Positions 12,466 to 27,051 are shown, counted from the first letter of the stretch. The stretch: 64,000 nucleotides of DNA from Utricularia gibba (GCA_002189035.1 NEEC01000018.1:806001-870000), one strand, 5' to 3'. Notes: a model not told the origin generated them from the letters alone. Program-made: numbers and translations.

Positions 12466-15400
12466 CACACACAGCTTTGAATGAGGGAAATAACAAAATA
12501 TATCAATTTCATGTTAAAAAAAATTAATAAATGACGGAAAATTTCAGGTGTTAGATGGAGTGTCGTTCGGACCCGGGGAAGTACATGTAGCAAATGATGA
12601 TTTCGTGCACCGATTCGCCTCTCCGCACGATATCATTTATTTTTTTTATAATATTACTATTTCAAAATCATAAATTTACACGTATATTTGAAAAGTAATA
12701 TTAAATTTGTCTCTTGTCCGTTAGTAGTATAATAAATTATCTTTCCTCATAATCATTTATATGATAAAAAAATGTTATTATATTAACATAAATTATCTAT
12801 AAATTTTATATTAATTTATACATCTTATCCACAAATATTCACATCTTTTTATTTTTTATATTAATTTATTTTTGAATAACTATGATTGTTAATTGTAATC
12901 TTTATAATTGCAATTTTTTTATTTTTAATTTATTATATTAATAATGTTTATTTGAATGCATGATATTTGAGATTATTCTTATGTATCGTAATCTTTATTA
13001 TTCTTAAAATTCATAGAGTCGAATTTTTGTATTGACAAGGGACTTTTTGTATTTCATACTCTCATTATTTTTTATTAATTTTATATTTTTACATTAATTT
13101 AATCTTTTCAAAAACTAAATTTATTTTTATAATTTTTTTATGATATATTTTTATTAACTTTAGGAAAAATAAACGCTTAAAAATTTATAAATTTGAGAAT
13201 ACATAAGTTTTTTGAAACCATTTATACACTCATGCATTTATGTTTTTTCATATGTTTTAGTATTTTTCATATTTTACTTGTTTTGGAGTTGACTATTTGA
13301 GTTTGAGCAGTCCTTATTTGGGAATATAAGCTAAAGTAATGACAACGTGCAAGTTCATGCATATGTAATTATTTTATTATATTTTCTATGTTTAATTTAA
13401 GGTTTAATTTCATTTTTATGCAATTTTTTTCCTGTACAAGTGTGCTTTTGACTGCCATTAAGGTTCAATTGTCATGATAAATTTGATTTACTCCTTTACA
13501 AAAGTGCGAGTTATAGGAGATGGGATTAAATACGGAAAGAATATGGATTATGAAAACATGCAAAATGGATATGATGCCTTGGGTTACTCTAGAATCCTAT
13601 TAAATAAGATATGATACTGTAATAGTTATGAGTAATTCTCAAAATATGTATGATTATTGAAGATTGGTTTGAAATAATTAGAAAAATGATTCAATAAAAA
13701 AAAATTTCAAAACATATTTGATCTACTTCGTATGTGATAGTATAAGTTGTAGGAATTAGTATTATGTATGTTATAAACATGTATTATTACTAGAGACAAA
13801 AACAACTCTAGTGATGTAGTTAGTTTTATAGTCTTCTACTGAATGATTGATAGTATTATAGTGATTATTGAGTAATGTTTTTACAATAATATTCTTAAAA
13901 TTTTCACATGTAGATCAATATTTGAGATTTATACATATACAGATCAAGTTATTCATCGGTTGAATCCATATATAGTGTTATTATTTTCCATTGTTTAACA
14001 TTGATTTTTTTGTTTTATATATTTTTAAATAAAAAATATTTATTTTCAGCAGATATATTTTTATTTATTATTTATGTGGTTCTATAAATTAGAAAATCAT
14101 CATCAATCAATGACTTAAAATGCTGAAGAATCATAAAACTCATCTTTAGTACTATCTTTAATGTATGTTTAAGAAATGCATCGATGTATGTTTCTAATTT
14201 AAATGTTAACTGTAATGTGTATTTAAATTATTTTGTTTTCATTAGAAACTTTTATGAAAAATAAATGCTTGTTTGTAATAACATCACCCATGTTTTGGTC
14301 TCGTTCCTACAAGACGCATTTTGCCATATTTGTGTTTCGGTCGCTGTTTTTGCACAGTGTTAGAATTTGACAACGGATTCTTTTTGGTAGGAATTAAACT
14401 GATAATGCATGAAATCCACGTAATTGTTTGATGCACGCCTGGTTTGAGTTGGGGGTTGGGCTCTTGAACTGTGTTTCTGGCTCCCAATTCGGTTCTATCC
14501 CCATAGCAGAGCAGAGCAGCAGCACACTTACAACAACGCAGCTGTAGTTAGCCCAGACCCAGAACCAGACGATATGTGTCTTGAAACGGGAGATGTGTGA
14601 GAGGCCTTTTTATGAAGAAACAGTTGAGACGGATGGGAAGCATCGGAGCCCACCCCCTTTCTGAATGGAGCTGCTGTGATTGATGCAGTGCAGTGCATGG
14701 AGCTTCTATTCGAGAGGGGATGTCTGTGGACTCCTCATTTTACTTGCTAGACATTGTTTATCACCTGACTCCCCCACCACACAACAGATTAAATTATCAA
14801 ATCTTGAAGTTTGAGACTTCTGATGCATATTGTGGGACTAAAAACAGTGAAGAGAGTGAAGAGATTGCTGTGTTTTAAAAGTATTTCCCTGACACCCACA
14901 TTCCTTGTGTTTAAAAAGATTGTCACTTCAACCTCGAAAAGAAAATATGGATCCATCTGATACACGAACGAAGCCTCACTCTTGCAATTCAAAAAATAAA
15001 AAGTTGTCATGTGGCGGTGGAATAAGCGATCAGCATCCTGCTCTTACAATTCGACACAGGCATTGAACCAATCCTGTGCGAGTAGCTGCTCCCTTGCATT
15101 TCAAAATTTCTCTCTTCTTTCAGCTTTTCATCTCACCCCTCGCTCGCTCTTGAAAAGTTCTTGTCAGATAATCATCCACCAGTCATGTCATGTGTCTCAG
15201 AAGAAGGAAAAAAAAAAGAAAGAAGCACAGGCTTTGATTCGTTTTTTGACCAGGACGTCTGCGGAGCCGAAGCCTATCCCAAATTCCCTATCATTATCAA
15301 CAGCAACCCGTAACTTTATTTGGTTTGCATCCATTCAAATTTTCACCTCCTTTTAATACCAAATCAGTGCAGGTGCCACGCTTGTTTTTCAAATTCACAT

Positions 15401-15998
15401 GGTTATTGGGCGGTCGGAAAACCTGATTTTGGTCTGGAAAATCCGACAGTCGAACTGATAAACCAACTGATGAAAGGCTTTAGGCTGTCAACTTGCATTT
15501 GAAAACTAAACAATTTTCTCCAAAAGAGTGTGCCAACAACACCCACTAAGAGAAGAAAGGAGCACAATTTCTGCCCAAATGGCAGCAGCACTGAGGGATA
15601 CAATCGAAGCTGTCGAAGAACTGCCCCAAATGAGAAGAATGAGAGGGGTTGGTGGCGAGGACAAGAACATAATGGGGGCCGAGCGTTGAACTATTCATTT
15701 ATTAGGTGAGTGATCAGTGAAATGCAAGCCACCGGAGGGTGATTGTGTGTCAGTGTTTTTGAATGAATGGTGTGGATTTGCTTGGGTTTGGTGCATGCAG
15801 CGTACGTGGAAGCAGCTTCACCAATCACCTACTGCTACTCTTGGGAAGTAGATGGATAAGCTGACGCACATTCAATAATAATAGGAGGCTGCTAATAATT
15901 AGCTCGAATTACATGTAACAAGAAGCTCATGGCAGGAGGCCTAGTCCTCAATTAGAGGAATTAAACAACATCATCATAAGCCGTACCCTTGATTTTGA

Positions 15999-16739
15999 TT
16001 AGAAGCGAGTCGGCGGCCAGATCGCATCCGAGGCTTGGTAGTTGGGGAACTTCGAACCGCCGGACACCGCCGCTAGGGGTGACTCCGGCGCGGCTGGGCT
16101 GTCTTCTGGGGGGAGTCTGTCGAATTTGGGGCCGTTGAAGGTGGCGGCGATGAGATACACGGTCCCGGCGGCGGTCAGTGGGCCGACAACGAGGCCTCCA
16201 ACCACCTGCCCCTGTGGGCCTGCGAGGAATATGGTGAACTGACCATTGCCCTTGGCATTCTCGTTTGCTTCTGAAGGCGAGCCCGTCGGGAGAATAGTTG
16301 CAGAGATGGAGAGAATGTCGAACCGGCCGTGGAATGTGACGGTGGCGCCGTGGGCGGCAGCGGGCTGTCTCAAGGTGACGTTTGACACAATCCCGTGCCC
16401 GTTGAGCACCGCCAGGCCGAGTCCCCGTTTCCGGCAGAACCTCCCGATGGACTCGACGACATCTATTCCACTGGGAAGTTCCAAAACATAAGGACTCATG
16501 GACGGCTCCTCCGTCGGATCGCTGGTGATGATCACCGGCGGCTGTTTGGGCTTGTTTTTGGAACCCGGAGGACGCCCTCTGGGTCGCCGGACGACCTCGA
16601 TTGTGGCGCCATCTGTGGTGGCAGAGTCGACCTTCGCGCTCTTGGGACTGCGCGTATCAGCAGGCTCCGTCGGCGGCGGCGGAGAGTTGAAATTGGGAAA
16701 CATATTCCTGTGTTGCTCCTCGAACAGCTCTCGTTTCAT
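15999..16739 (-). CDS. AHL17: AT-hook motif nuclear-localized protein, clade A (AHL17/AHL28-like), intronless, ~246 aa
   Basis: The first ATG is at 16739 (MKRELFEEQHRNMF). It has a single type-I AT-hook (RRPRGRPPGSKNKPK) and a PPC domain with FHGRFDILSISAT and LAGPQGQVVGGLVVGPLTAAGTV. The paralog number is approximate. Confidence 0.92.
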   Translation of the reverse strand: MKRELFEEQHRNMFPNFNSPPPPTEPADTRSPKSAKVDSATTDGATIEVVRRPRGRPPGSKNKPKQPPVIITSDPTEEPSMSPYVLELPSGIDVVESIGRFCRKRGLGLAVLNGHGIVSNVTLRQPAAAHGATVTFHGRFDILSISATILPTGSPSEANENAKGNGQFTIFLAGPQGQVVGGLVVGPLTAAGTVYLIAATFNGPKFDRLPPEDSPAAPESPLAAVSGGSKFPNYQASDAIWPPTRF

Positions 16740-18163
16740 CCCAAGGAAAGGGATGAGTGGGGGACGAAAGGGCGGGACAGCTGAGTATTCCTGAGCCCAG
16801 GTGTGTAATAAAGAGATGTTTGCTTCCGTAGAGAGAAAGAGGAGGAACCCTGAAGATGAACGGAAACGAAGATTTGGTTTGATGTGATCTGAGAAAGAAG
16901 CGAAGCGCCGCACAGAAAAAAAAGGGAGGATTCCGATGCAGTTTCAAGATTTTCGGCTTATTTTTGGAAATCTCGTTGATGTCAAAGGGGGGCTACAGTA
17001 CAAATATGGCCCGACAGCTGCCCATAAAAATTATCAAGATGGTAATTAAACTCATCAAATAAATACGTAAATAAATTAGCATCCTTCCATTGGAATATAT
17101 TGTTGATACATCATGCGTCGGGTGCAAATTCTTTGTACTGGAAATATGCTGCACAGGTCGAGAGTATTTTTTTAAATAAACGTATATTTTCAATCATTAA
17201 AATGGTTTTTCTAAGGTTTTAATCACAATAAAATAATGAATATTTATATTTAAATTCATTTAATGATTATGATAAACATAAAGTCAAGGTCACATGCGGT
17301 GATGGGAGAGGTGGTGGTGTCGCTGTTTGGGGCCGAAGAGATTGACAAATCGGGGACGATTCCTACCGCCAGTTGCCTTTGTTTTCCTTTTTTTTTTTCG
17401 CTTTTGTTTTTGTTCTTGCCATAGATTCATTTAAATATTCAATTTCTTTTGCTCAAATATCTTATCATTTTTTATTAAAAAACATATATTTTCAAAATCT
17501 ACATGTGAGAAATATAGATACCCTTAATAGCTATTATGAAAATTTTAAAAAATTGGTTTCTCACGCATTCCCAAGATATCATATGGGTATTTGAAAATAT
17601 TATCTATTTTCAACATTTATACATCCCCCAAACCGTAGTCAACAGTGATTTTGAATTTTCAAAAATATTAAATCAAAAGGAAGAAGAAGCTACTTTGCTT
17701 TTCTGTAATTTCAGGGAGGCAGTTTCCGGAACCCAGAAATGATGTTGGGGCAGGGGAAGGGTGTTAGGATAAATTATCCCAGCAGAGATGCCGATGCTTG
17801 ACTAATTCAACCAAGTCCTCGAAGTTTTCCGGCCGCCGCTGTCGGTGACTGCAGCCTCTTTTTTGTTTTTGTTTTTAAACTATCCATCCGCCAGCCCTAC
17901 TCTCCCTCCTCGGCAAAGAAACAGTCAAATTGAAGTAGGCAACTGTTTTCCTCCTTGAAAAATAAAGGTTTATTCTCCATCACCGGGCTACAACGTTTGA
18001 TGAAAAGTAAAATACTACAATGGAAAGGCATATGGAAAAGTTTCCGTAGTCAACAAGTGGAGAGAGTGGCATGTAGTCCACAGCTTGAAAAGGAAAAAAG
18101 GAATCACACATTTCTCTCAGAATGGACGGATGGCATTCAAAAAGCAAGGGGATGCCTGTTTGT

Positions 18164-21100
18164 TCAGATCCGCGCGACGTATGAGTTTGCCTGAGTGACA
18201 TATCTTACCCATCGGTATGGATTCGAGTTTTTGGGTGTCTTGGCTATCTGGAGATACTTCACCTGCAACCCACATCTCATATTGATTAAAAGGGTTCACA
18301 GCTTTAAACTGTGGTTGCTTCCAGCATTTGACATATGAAAGAAAAGTGTATGATTAGACAGACTCCGTACGATTTTTAGGATTTCACATGAGAAAATCTA
18401 TCTGTGGAAAATTGATACAAGAACAAATCCACTGCCTGTACCTGTAGCCTCGATGGATTGTACATGGGGATGGTGAAGGTCATGCTCACAGGACCAGCTT
18501 CTTTCGTAATGTTTCCTACGTTTCCGAGGAGCAATAACCAAAACAAGAAGATTGTGTAAACAAACTTCAGAAAATGGAAATTTTTTAACGATACTCAAAA
18601 CCAGATTCTTCTTTTTGATATCATACCATGCAACTCCTGTGAAAAATTCAATTTTGCACGCAGAGTATGTTCACTCCCACCAGCTACCTGCGCCACATTG
18701 AAGTGTATTTGAGAAGGTTTCTGAACGTCAGGACAAAAAATAGTAAATGCCATTTAGCAGTAAGCATTTGCTTCAGGATATGCCTTCTTTATGCTCCATT
18801 CAAGTTTTCTAATCTGTTCTTTGAAATCAGATGTTTGTCCAGCAAGTCCTTGCTCCAAATCAAAATTCACCCTGAGGGGAGAATGTTTCACTCACTTGTC
18901 TTACGGATAAACCACAGCACCACAGCAACTAGCCACACATCTAAACTTCACCTGGTTGTACATGTTGGCAATGGCATTTCCACAGAAATAGTGTTGGCCG
19001 TTATGTTAGAAGGAAATTCAGCACGGATCTTCAGAATAACTTCAGCCTGAAAAAGAAAGGCCCAGTAGTGTTCTTGAAAGTCAAACAAAAGGTTACACCA
19101 CAAATACAGCCTGAAAAAGGACACATACCTTGAGAGACCCTGCTTCTTCAATCAAGGCATTGATTGAGAAGGGAGGTTTGAACTCCTGTGTAATACGATA
19201 GTTCATGACTGGAAATTCCCCATCTGGGGGCACCTAACAGATAGTCATGATTATAGTGAACCATGCACAAGCAAACACAAATATCCACATTGAGGAAAAA
19301 CAATGGAATAAATGTGGTAAAAAATTTACAACACTCACAAGGCTAAGTGTTCTGTCTACATCAAAACTATCCATATGAACAGATTCATGAAAATTGCAAT
19401 CATCCAAAACAACTGGCCCTGTTACAGAAGAACCACCATATCCTGGGAATAGTCGACATTCAAAAACAAAATGAGTAGGAAGCAGTTACAAATACAAGTC
19501 TCATGGCCTAAATGAGAAAAAAATTATCAGAATACCATAGTTTGATGCCCCGCTTCTTCTAATGTACAGATCATCATTGAGTGCTAATCTGATTTCAGGG
19601 TTCCCAGTTAAATAACTCTTCATTTGAATTGTGCCATCAATTTCCGAAGTTAATATATATCCCTGGCATCATTATTTTGATTATTCACCAACCTATCTCA
19701 AAAAGTGTACAAAAAAAAAAAATCTAGGCCAACATACTTCATCAGGGACAATATAAGACTTCGTTTTATAACATTTTCCATCAGCATTCAATTAACGAAC
19801 ATGATAACAAAATATACTATCACTTACACTAGAGCTAAAGGTGACACTTATTTTTTCAATAACATCAACAAAGATTTCCTCCCTCTTCCGACCCCAGGTT
19901 CATTTGCAACTACAGATTTCGTAACAGCAGTACCAGGCATTCTTTTGTTCCCTTGCTGCATAAACCAGTGATGATAATGAGTGCTCAAATCCGTCAAATG
20001 GTGTATGCTAGAGTGTGCTACGGTGTAGTAACAAAAAATCAATAACCAATTCTTGAAACATTATGCAACTTGATACCATAAATAGTGAAGCTGGACCAAG
20101 GGTAGGCAGACGTGCATCTTCAATCACGATTGGTTCGTTGAATATATAAGACTTCAAGACTTCTGTCGATGTTGTTTGAACATACCCAAAATCCTGAAAG
20201 CACATCAACAGCCATAAAGGTGAGGGGATGGCTTATTATTACCAGGAAAATTCAACATCCAGTAGTACTATTTCTGTGGTCTTACAATAACTTCATCAAG
20301 CAGCTCATACACAAGAACAAAATTTTTTCTCAATGATTCTTCATTAAGAACACCAAGGTAATCTTTAATCACACGTGCAATTCTCTGCAGTAGCTCCAGT
20401 GCCAAGGAAGGAGACAAGTTGACTCTTGTAGTTGCCACAAAAAGAAGGCCAACAACCTTCACATGAAAGTAATTCACGCCATCCACGTTCTGTAGATTAA
20501 TATGCCAAAATGCGTATGTTTAGCACCAAATCAAACACTTGCCTATTAGAATAACTTCAAAATGCCAAACACATATGCCTCAGATCTGCAATCATACCCA
20601 CTATAAGGCAAGAAATGATGAAAAAGAACCAAAAGGCTAAATTTAGCAGGAGCCAACAACAGTGCATTTAATGAACAAAAAGAAGATGATAAACCGAGAC
20701 TACCGTGCTACTTGTACCCTTCAATGATCAAAATTTGGAAAAAAAAAACTATAAATACCCACAAAAACAGGAGGAGCTTCTTCTTTTCCATCTTCCTTCC
20801 AGAATTTAACTTTACGGAAGAATATCTCTGCGCTTCCTTTCTGCACATCCCGTCGATCTGAAAAATGTTGAATTCACCGATAAGTCAAATTAAATGTCGC
20901 TAACAATTTATGCATCGCCCTCGACTCAGGTAAATAAGAGGCTAATGCCCGGGCCAGTTCAAGCCGAACTCTTTGTATTCTTTTTTCTCATTTCTCGAGA
21001 AACGGCTCGAGAAGGCAATCCTCTTTAGAGTCATGAAATCGAACAGTTGTAACACAGAAAGAAAATTCTCAGAGAGATCTATGAATAAAATGCACAACAC

Positions 21101-21210
21101 ATATGATCAGCTTGTAGTCACGCGGGCAATCAAGTAAAAGAAGGGGGCTTACAGTCTCGAAAGACGATGTTGTCGCCTCTTAGCGACAGCACGAAGAATT
21201 GAGAAATCAT
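18164..21210 (-). CDS. AP4M: AP-4 adaptor complex subunit mu, 13 exons, with an apparent 1-bp frameshift in exon 5
   Basis: Exons: 21210-21153, 20857-20763, 20489-20286, 20193-20077, 19955-19828, 19662-19536, 19442-19339, 19233-19129, 19046-18952, 18871-18784, 18687-18627, 18515-18442, 18262-18164. The protein runs from MISQFFVLSLRGDNIVFRDY to NPYRWVRYVTQANSYVARI*. The exons sum to 1355 nt, one short of 452 codons. Confidence 0.93.
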
Positions 21211-21361
21211 GACGGCGATGAAAAGGAAACTGCCACCGCAACTCCGTTGAGACTGCCGATCAAGTAATCGGATCCTCCCGGTCTCCTGGCTGGAGCGAGG
21301 AGAAAGAAAAACCAACAATTTGCACAGCAGGCAAAAATAGAGATCCTGTACGTTAGTTAGT

Positions 21362-21440
21362 TGGGCGGAGAACAAAGTAATGGGCCTCACGCCTGGTAGT
21401 TATTGAGCTGGGCCTTCTTCATTTCCCGTTTCAGGCCTCA
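21362..21440 (-). promoter_or_regulatory. Site II (TGGGCC) cluster in the AP4M promoter
   Basis: TGGGCC occurs at 21381-21386 and 21409-21414, ~170-200 bp upstream of the ATG. Confidence 0.45.
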
Positions 21441-24139
21441 TTTGGGTTTACTTTCGGAAAACACCAATTTCCAAGTGTGTGCTTATTATAAAACCAATTT
21501 TGTATTTATTTATAAATATCATAATTAACTAATTTTTTTTATTTCAAAATTGGGCATCACTATTTATTTTATTTTCCTCATTTTTTTTTGATTTTGAAGG
21601 AATGATTTTCTAAATTTTGACTTAATTGACAAGGATTAATTACTATTCAGCAAAATACTCCTTGTTGCAGCAATAAACATCCGACTCTTCGTTAAGGAAT
21701 TAGGACAAACCGACACCTTCATGAAGAATCAATAGCTCAATAGATGAAGCTTGAAATAATTAATGCGGCAATAAAGAAGTAATAACTACTTTCTTCAAAG
21801 ACATGCACCCAATTTTTCCACTCATGTGCTTTCAACATTAAGAATTAATGCGCAAACCAAAGATTGAAAATTTCCATCTACAGCCCCATGGATTGAAAGA
21901 AACAGCAGAAATGAAAATGGTATTTAAAAGTAGTACCTTTGGTGCTTACAACTAACAATGAAGAATGAGACAATAGATGGAGTCAAAGAACAATCTATTC
22001 AATATGTCCTGAAAAAATCTTATCAATAGTCATAGTAATGATACACACATGCAAGTGTATGATATTACTTCCATTGAGGATATATAATATTACAAGACAT
22101 TAGCATAAAGATATGAGAATCTTCTAGAGATATTTTCGTTGCATGTGTCAACTCAACTCATAAACTAAATAACATGTATAAACTTCAGTCGATTGTTGAA
22201 GCAAATAATTTATTATTATTATTTCATCAACCACCAGCTTATTTATATAGTAAAGAAAAATAAAGGAACTCTAAATTTACAAATTTGAAGGTTCCCTCTA
22301 GCTCTCCTCCTCATCTAGACATGGAGCATGTGGGGAAATGAGGATAAAATCTATGATTATGATTTTAAGAATTGGAGGAAATCCACATTTCTTACATCAT
22401 TGGATGTTCAGAAGGAAGAAAAATGAGTTACACAAGATAAAATTTCTTATACCCTTCAACGGCTAAGAAGGCCATGACAAGAATTAATAGAAGCAAACAA
22501 TAATAACAAGAAAGCATGCAAACATAAGAACATAGAATTGATATTATGAAATGCCTGATGAGATGATCTAATAGGAGGTCTGAGAGCACTTGGAGTCCAC
22601 TTCTATCTTGCATAAAAATTAGAAACCAATAATTGTGTTGTCTATAAAATAGCACTTCTTTCAGACCATTCCTCCTTAAATGGCAAGTTGAAGACATAAA
22701 CATGAACTATAGTAAAAAATTCTTCACTCACTAAATAGAATATATTCAATAAAATTTATTTATAATCAGATACAAGTTAATAAATAAATAAATCTGTGCA
22801 TAGATTATTATATTCACAACCCTACCACCAAAAGCCACTTTACCATGAGGAGTCTTAGGTAAAAATTATGTACAGAAAAAAATCAATAGAATGGAGAGTC
22901 TTAATGAAGCGCATAAGTCTTTGATTTGAGTATATGACCACATTAACCTGTATTTAACCATAACAAAAACTTTCTAACCAGGCTACCATATGAGATCCAT
23001 GAAACATTGTAGTAAATCTTGAATGTTGTCACATTGGATGAAGTAAGGAAATTAAACAAACTGTCAATAATCAACGAATTAACCTTGAATTTCTATTCAT
23101 GAGAAAAAAAACTCCTTTTTTAGTAACCCATTGAGGTATAAACATGTATAATGTGAAAACCATGTTTAGATAAACCATCCTATAAAATCATATGCAATAT
23201 CATCTAATCCACATAACTGTGGATGTCCAAAGCTATGTATCAATCATAAATTCTTTACGGAAATAAAGAAAACCATAATAGATGATATGACAAATATATA
23301 ATCTGTTAAATTTTTAGTTTCTAGAGAAACAAAAGTAAAGAAAATTTAAATCAACTTTCAGAATGAAAACCACCCTCTAGAGAAAAAAAATACTCAAAAT
23401 GAAGGACAAAAGAAATATATAAGCCAATGGAGAGTTCGACTATAAATCAAATCATCTTGATGATGTTGCCGTCATTAAAATCAAAGCAATGATTCATTGT
23501 TTAGAAAATATGAAAAATATCATAGAAATGTCATAATGCCGAGATAGGAAATGCTGCGAAAGGATGAGGGTGTGTGACAGGGGAGATAAAGCAAAAAAGA
23601 AACACATGAAGGTAATAGACACTGTTAAGATTGTTTTCATTACAAACTAGCCGTTATCAATCTAGCAGTTAGTTCCAAATGCCAAATGGATCAGCCCAAC
23701 GGGTTAGATGGGTAAAATATTTCCCCAAACCTCTTCAAATACTTGACATAAGTTATAAATTACATTTCATTTACCTAAAATATTTTAAAAAAACCTAATA
23801 TTAAATATTTTTTATTCTTAAAAAATTACTTATTTAAAATTATAATCATCACTTTTTTTATGAGAAAATTACAATAAAAATACTTCATTCTTCGATCAAT
23901 ATGAAGACTTTAACCATAAAGTTTTAAAATTGTAAAAAAATACCTAAAGTTGTCAAAGCTATGCAATGAAAAATCAAATGATTATCTAAATTTTTAAAAA
24001 TAAACAGATTCACAATGTCATGAATCAGTTTTGATTTCATAACTAACAAAATTTTTTGATAGATCTTTGTGTATTTGCATATGAAGTTCGACGAATAAAA
24101 ATTTATTGTTAGGGTTAAAGGTATAATCTGAATCAATAT

Positions 24140-24310
24140 CGATGGTTTCGATTCTGTTTGAGTTTCATGATATAAGCGTTTGTATGGTTCTTATTTTGGA
24201 ACCGAAACCATACGACTTCAGTTCGATTCGACACATTTGGAATTGTAGAACCGTCGATTTCAATTCATGTAGAACCGATCAAACTGATAATTCAAAACCG
24301 TGAACCATCG
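24140..24310. repeat. AACCG/CGGTT-rich subterminal repeat of a non-autonomous DNA transposon (hAT-like)
   Basis: Clustered gaaccg/aaaccg/gttcga motifs sit in AT-rich DNA. No TIR pair was established. Confidence 0.35.
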
Positions 24311-24943
24311 TTTGGTATTAAAATATTCAAAAATTCAAAATATTCATGAAAATATGCAAAGTGAGTTAATAGATTTGACATGCAATAGAATGATTTTATA
24401 AACTTGGAGATAAATTGATCGCAAAAAAAGTATTTATACTTATTGTTACTGTAAATTAAAATACAACCGCCTAACTCCACCTTTTTTTATTCCAAAATTA
24501 CGGTTAAATATTACAATTAAATACCATATATCTTTAATAGTATAGTAAAAAAATGGTATCAAAGATAATACTAATTTTATTAATGAAACATCAAATAACA
24601 AACTAATCTCTATATACTATTTTTATTTGAATCTGAATAAATGAAACTCTTATTATCCTAATTCATCAATTAAGCACATCTGACATTTTAATTCACCAAC
24701 AAGATTTACAGTTTCGGTCTCAATTGCTTTCCCATTCAGGGGATACTCCCACTACTCAGAAACTCAATCCCGCATATAATCTGATTATAACTGTAAAATC
24801 TTGACTAGCAAACTGGTGAATGAATCACAAACACAGAAGGATATGGATATGTTCAAGGAGTAAAGGCCACTCATTCAAACAAACACTTACAAGCACACCA
24901 AGGTATATGGTAGCTGCTACACATGCACTGATGATCGGCCGCA

Positions 24944-26391
24944 TCATATCGGCCGTGTCCGAACCGCATCTTGTAGATTTTTCACAGCACTATCATAGTT
25001 CACAAACCCCATGAACCAGAACTCATGGTTGTCAACAGAAATGATCTGAATGTACTTCTCTGATGGATTTGCTCTGCTTACTGAAGGATTCACAGCAGTG
25101 AGTTGATTCAATGGGATAATCACCTGGAAGAAACATCATTAGATATGGTGATACTTTGAAAGGTACAACCACAGCCACCCATTACCTTATAATACCTGTA
25201 CTGGACTTCCTCTGAGGCTTTGTATGAAATGGGACTATCGCTACAAAATGCTACTTTTTCATTTGACAAGTAGAGGACTCCAACGATAGGACCTGCAGAG
25301 GTAGACAAGTAGCAGCCGTATGACTTGAGGAGCTTTTCATCTGCACCGATCTCGAATGTGTTCTGGAAAACCTTTTCGTATCCACCCTCTGCCAAAACCT
25401 TGGTACTTTGTGCGATTTTTCCGACAGCAGCATCAGCAACACTCGGGCCAGTTTTCACTGAAAAAATGGAATTTTTTTATCTACGGCATTGACACTTTTC
25501 AACACTTCATATCAGCAACAGGGATAAACCCCCATATCAGCAACTTGACTAAAGTTCAAAAATCCAACTAAGGCTCATCTATCATATAGTACAAGGAAGG
25601 GGTAGATTTGATTGGGAAGCTTCAAACTAAACATACTAGTAAAAAGATCCAATTCTTTTTTGGATGAAGCTCCCTAACAATTTCAGTTTCCATAGCACCT
25701 TCACAGGTGGTTTACTACAGAATGCAAAACATTCGATGGTTTGCTAATCACATCCATGAAGCCAATTGCACAGGGCAAGAAGTACATTTATCCAGGAGAG
25801 ATGAAACAAAACATGTCACTAAAAAGATCCGAGTATTAGGCCTGCCTAAAAAATTCAGCTACAAAACTGTTCATGAGTACTTCTTAGTAAAAAGTAGCGA
25901 CTCACAGTGCTGCCACATGTTTCCAGCCAAGTCTTCAGCCCTCTTAGTGGCATCTGCAGCTTTCTTTCCCCATTTACCAAGAGCATCCCTTACCTTGTCC
26001 ATGTTATCTACCATCCAAAACGACAGACATTCCAAAGCCCACACAAGCCGTAAGCATCTCTATTTCCAATCAACAACACGGAACTGAAAAAGAAAAAGGG
26101 GGAAAACGTACTCTTCAGAGAAGATGAAGGAGCACTTGCAGCGGAAACGTAGGGATTCGAGGCCGATGGGACGGCGGTGGCTCCGATGTACTCGACAGAA
26201 GTAGGAGCAGGCGGCGAACCAGATTGGGTGGAACTCCACGTATTAGCCACAGGCGCAACATCTTTCGGATCGAGTTTCGGATACGAGGCATAACCGGCGC
26301 CGTTTCCAGATTCCGATTCAGACGCAGCGTGGGCCACCGGCGGCGGTTCGTTTGAGTTTGAAAAGGCAGCCGGTTTCGAATCGGAGCTCAT
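24944..26391 (-). CDS. FIP1: GEM-like protein 1 (GRAM domain; FH-interacting protein 1-like), ~277 aa
   Basis: Exons 26391-26112, 26007-25906, 25457-25186 and 25123-24944 total 834 nt in frame. Motifs: [62 protein letters not shown] and [22 protein letters not shown]. Confidence 0.95.
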
Positions 26392-27051
26392 GGTACACCG
26401 GTTTGTCAACAGAATCGTGCAACAGAGGGAGTACGCCCAAGTGTTTTATACTGTGGTTTAACTTTAAAATTTAAATAAATTTCTCGACTAACTTTTGGTG
26501 CCTTTTTTATTTGTTTTGTAACATCATTTTTGTAACATCAAATACGATATTAAAAAAATTAGAATATAAGCATACTATTCGAAATAAAATAATTTTAATC
26601 ATTTATATATTTCAGAGCTATTTTTTTAAAAAAAAATATGTATTTACTATGTCCATAGAGAAAACACTCATTAAAATGGAGTAAAAAGTTATAGAAGAAA
26701 ACCCAAAGGTTTGATGAAATATTACAATTGAGGAATATTTGTGATTGAAAAAATCGTTGGAAAAATCAAAAGAGAGAGGATAAAATTAATGAAAATAAAA
26801 AAGGTATATTTCACTAATTGATTTATTTATCTCACAAAACATATAAAAATTAAATTATTTAGGATATGTTTAGTATTATATTTTAATTAAGACTGCATTT
26901 GAAATATTTATGTTTAAATAAATATAGGTCATGTGATTAACATTAAAATTTATTTGATATATAAATTTTACACATGTATTTTGATGGTCGAAAATCTACT
27001 TGTGCGATAGAGTAAACAAAAAGAAAAAACATGATCTCAAATCATACAAAT

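Noticed and set aside
14600-15900. Possible miRNA hairpin in the GC-moderate intergenic region between VQ9 and AHL
   Set aside because: No match to conserved plant miRNAs I know and no extended stem was visible. More likely UTR or conserved non-coding sequence.
16042-16947. Several antisense ORFs over the AHL gene
   Set aside because: GC-rich antisense shadows with no independent motif.
22400-23300. Possible decayed multi-exon gene (QDRSGLQVL, LPFKEEWSE, PHGKVAFGGR fragments)
   Set aside because: The fragments are short, in inconsistent frames, and I could not assign a family.
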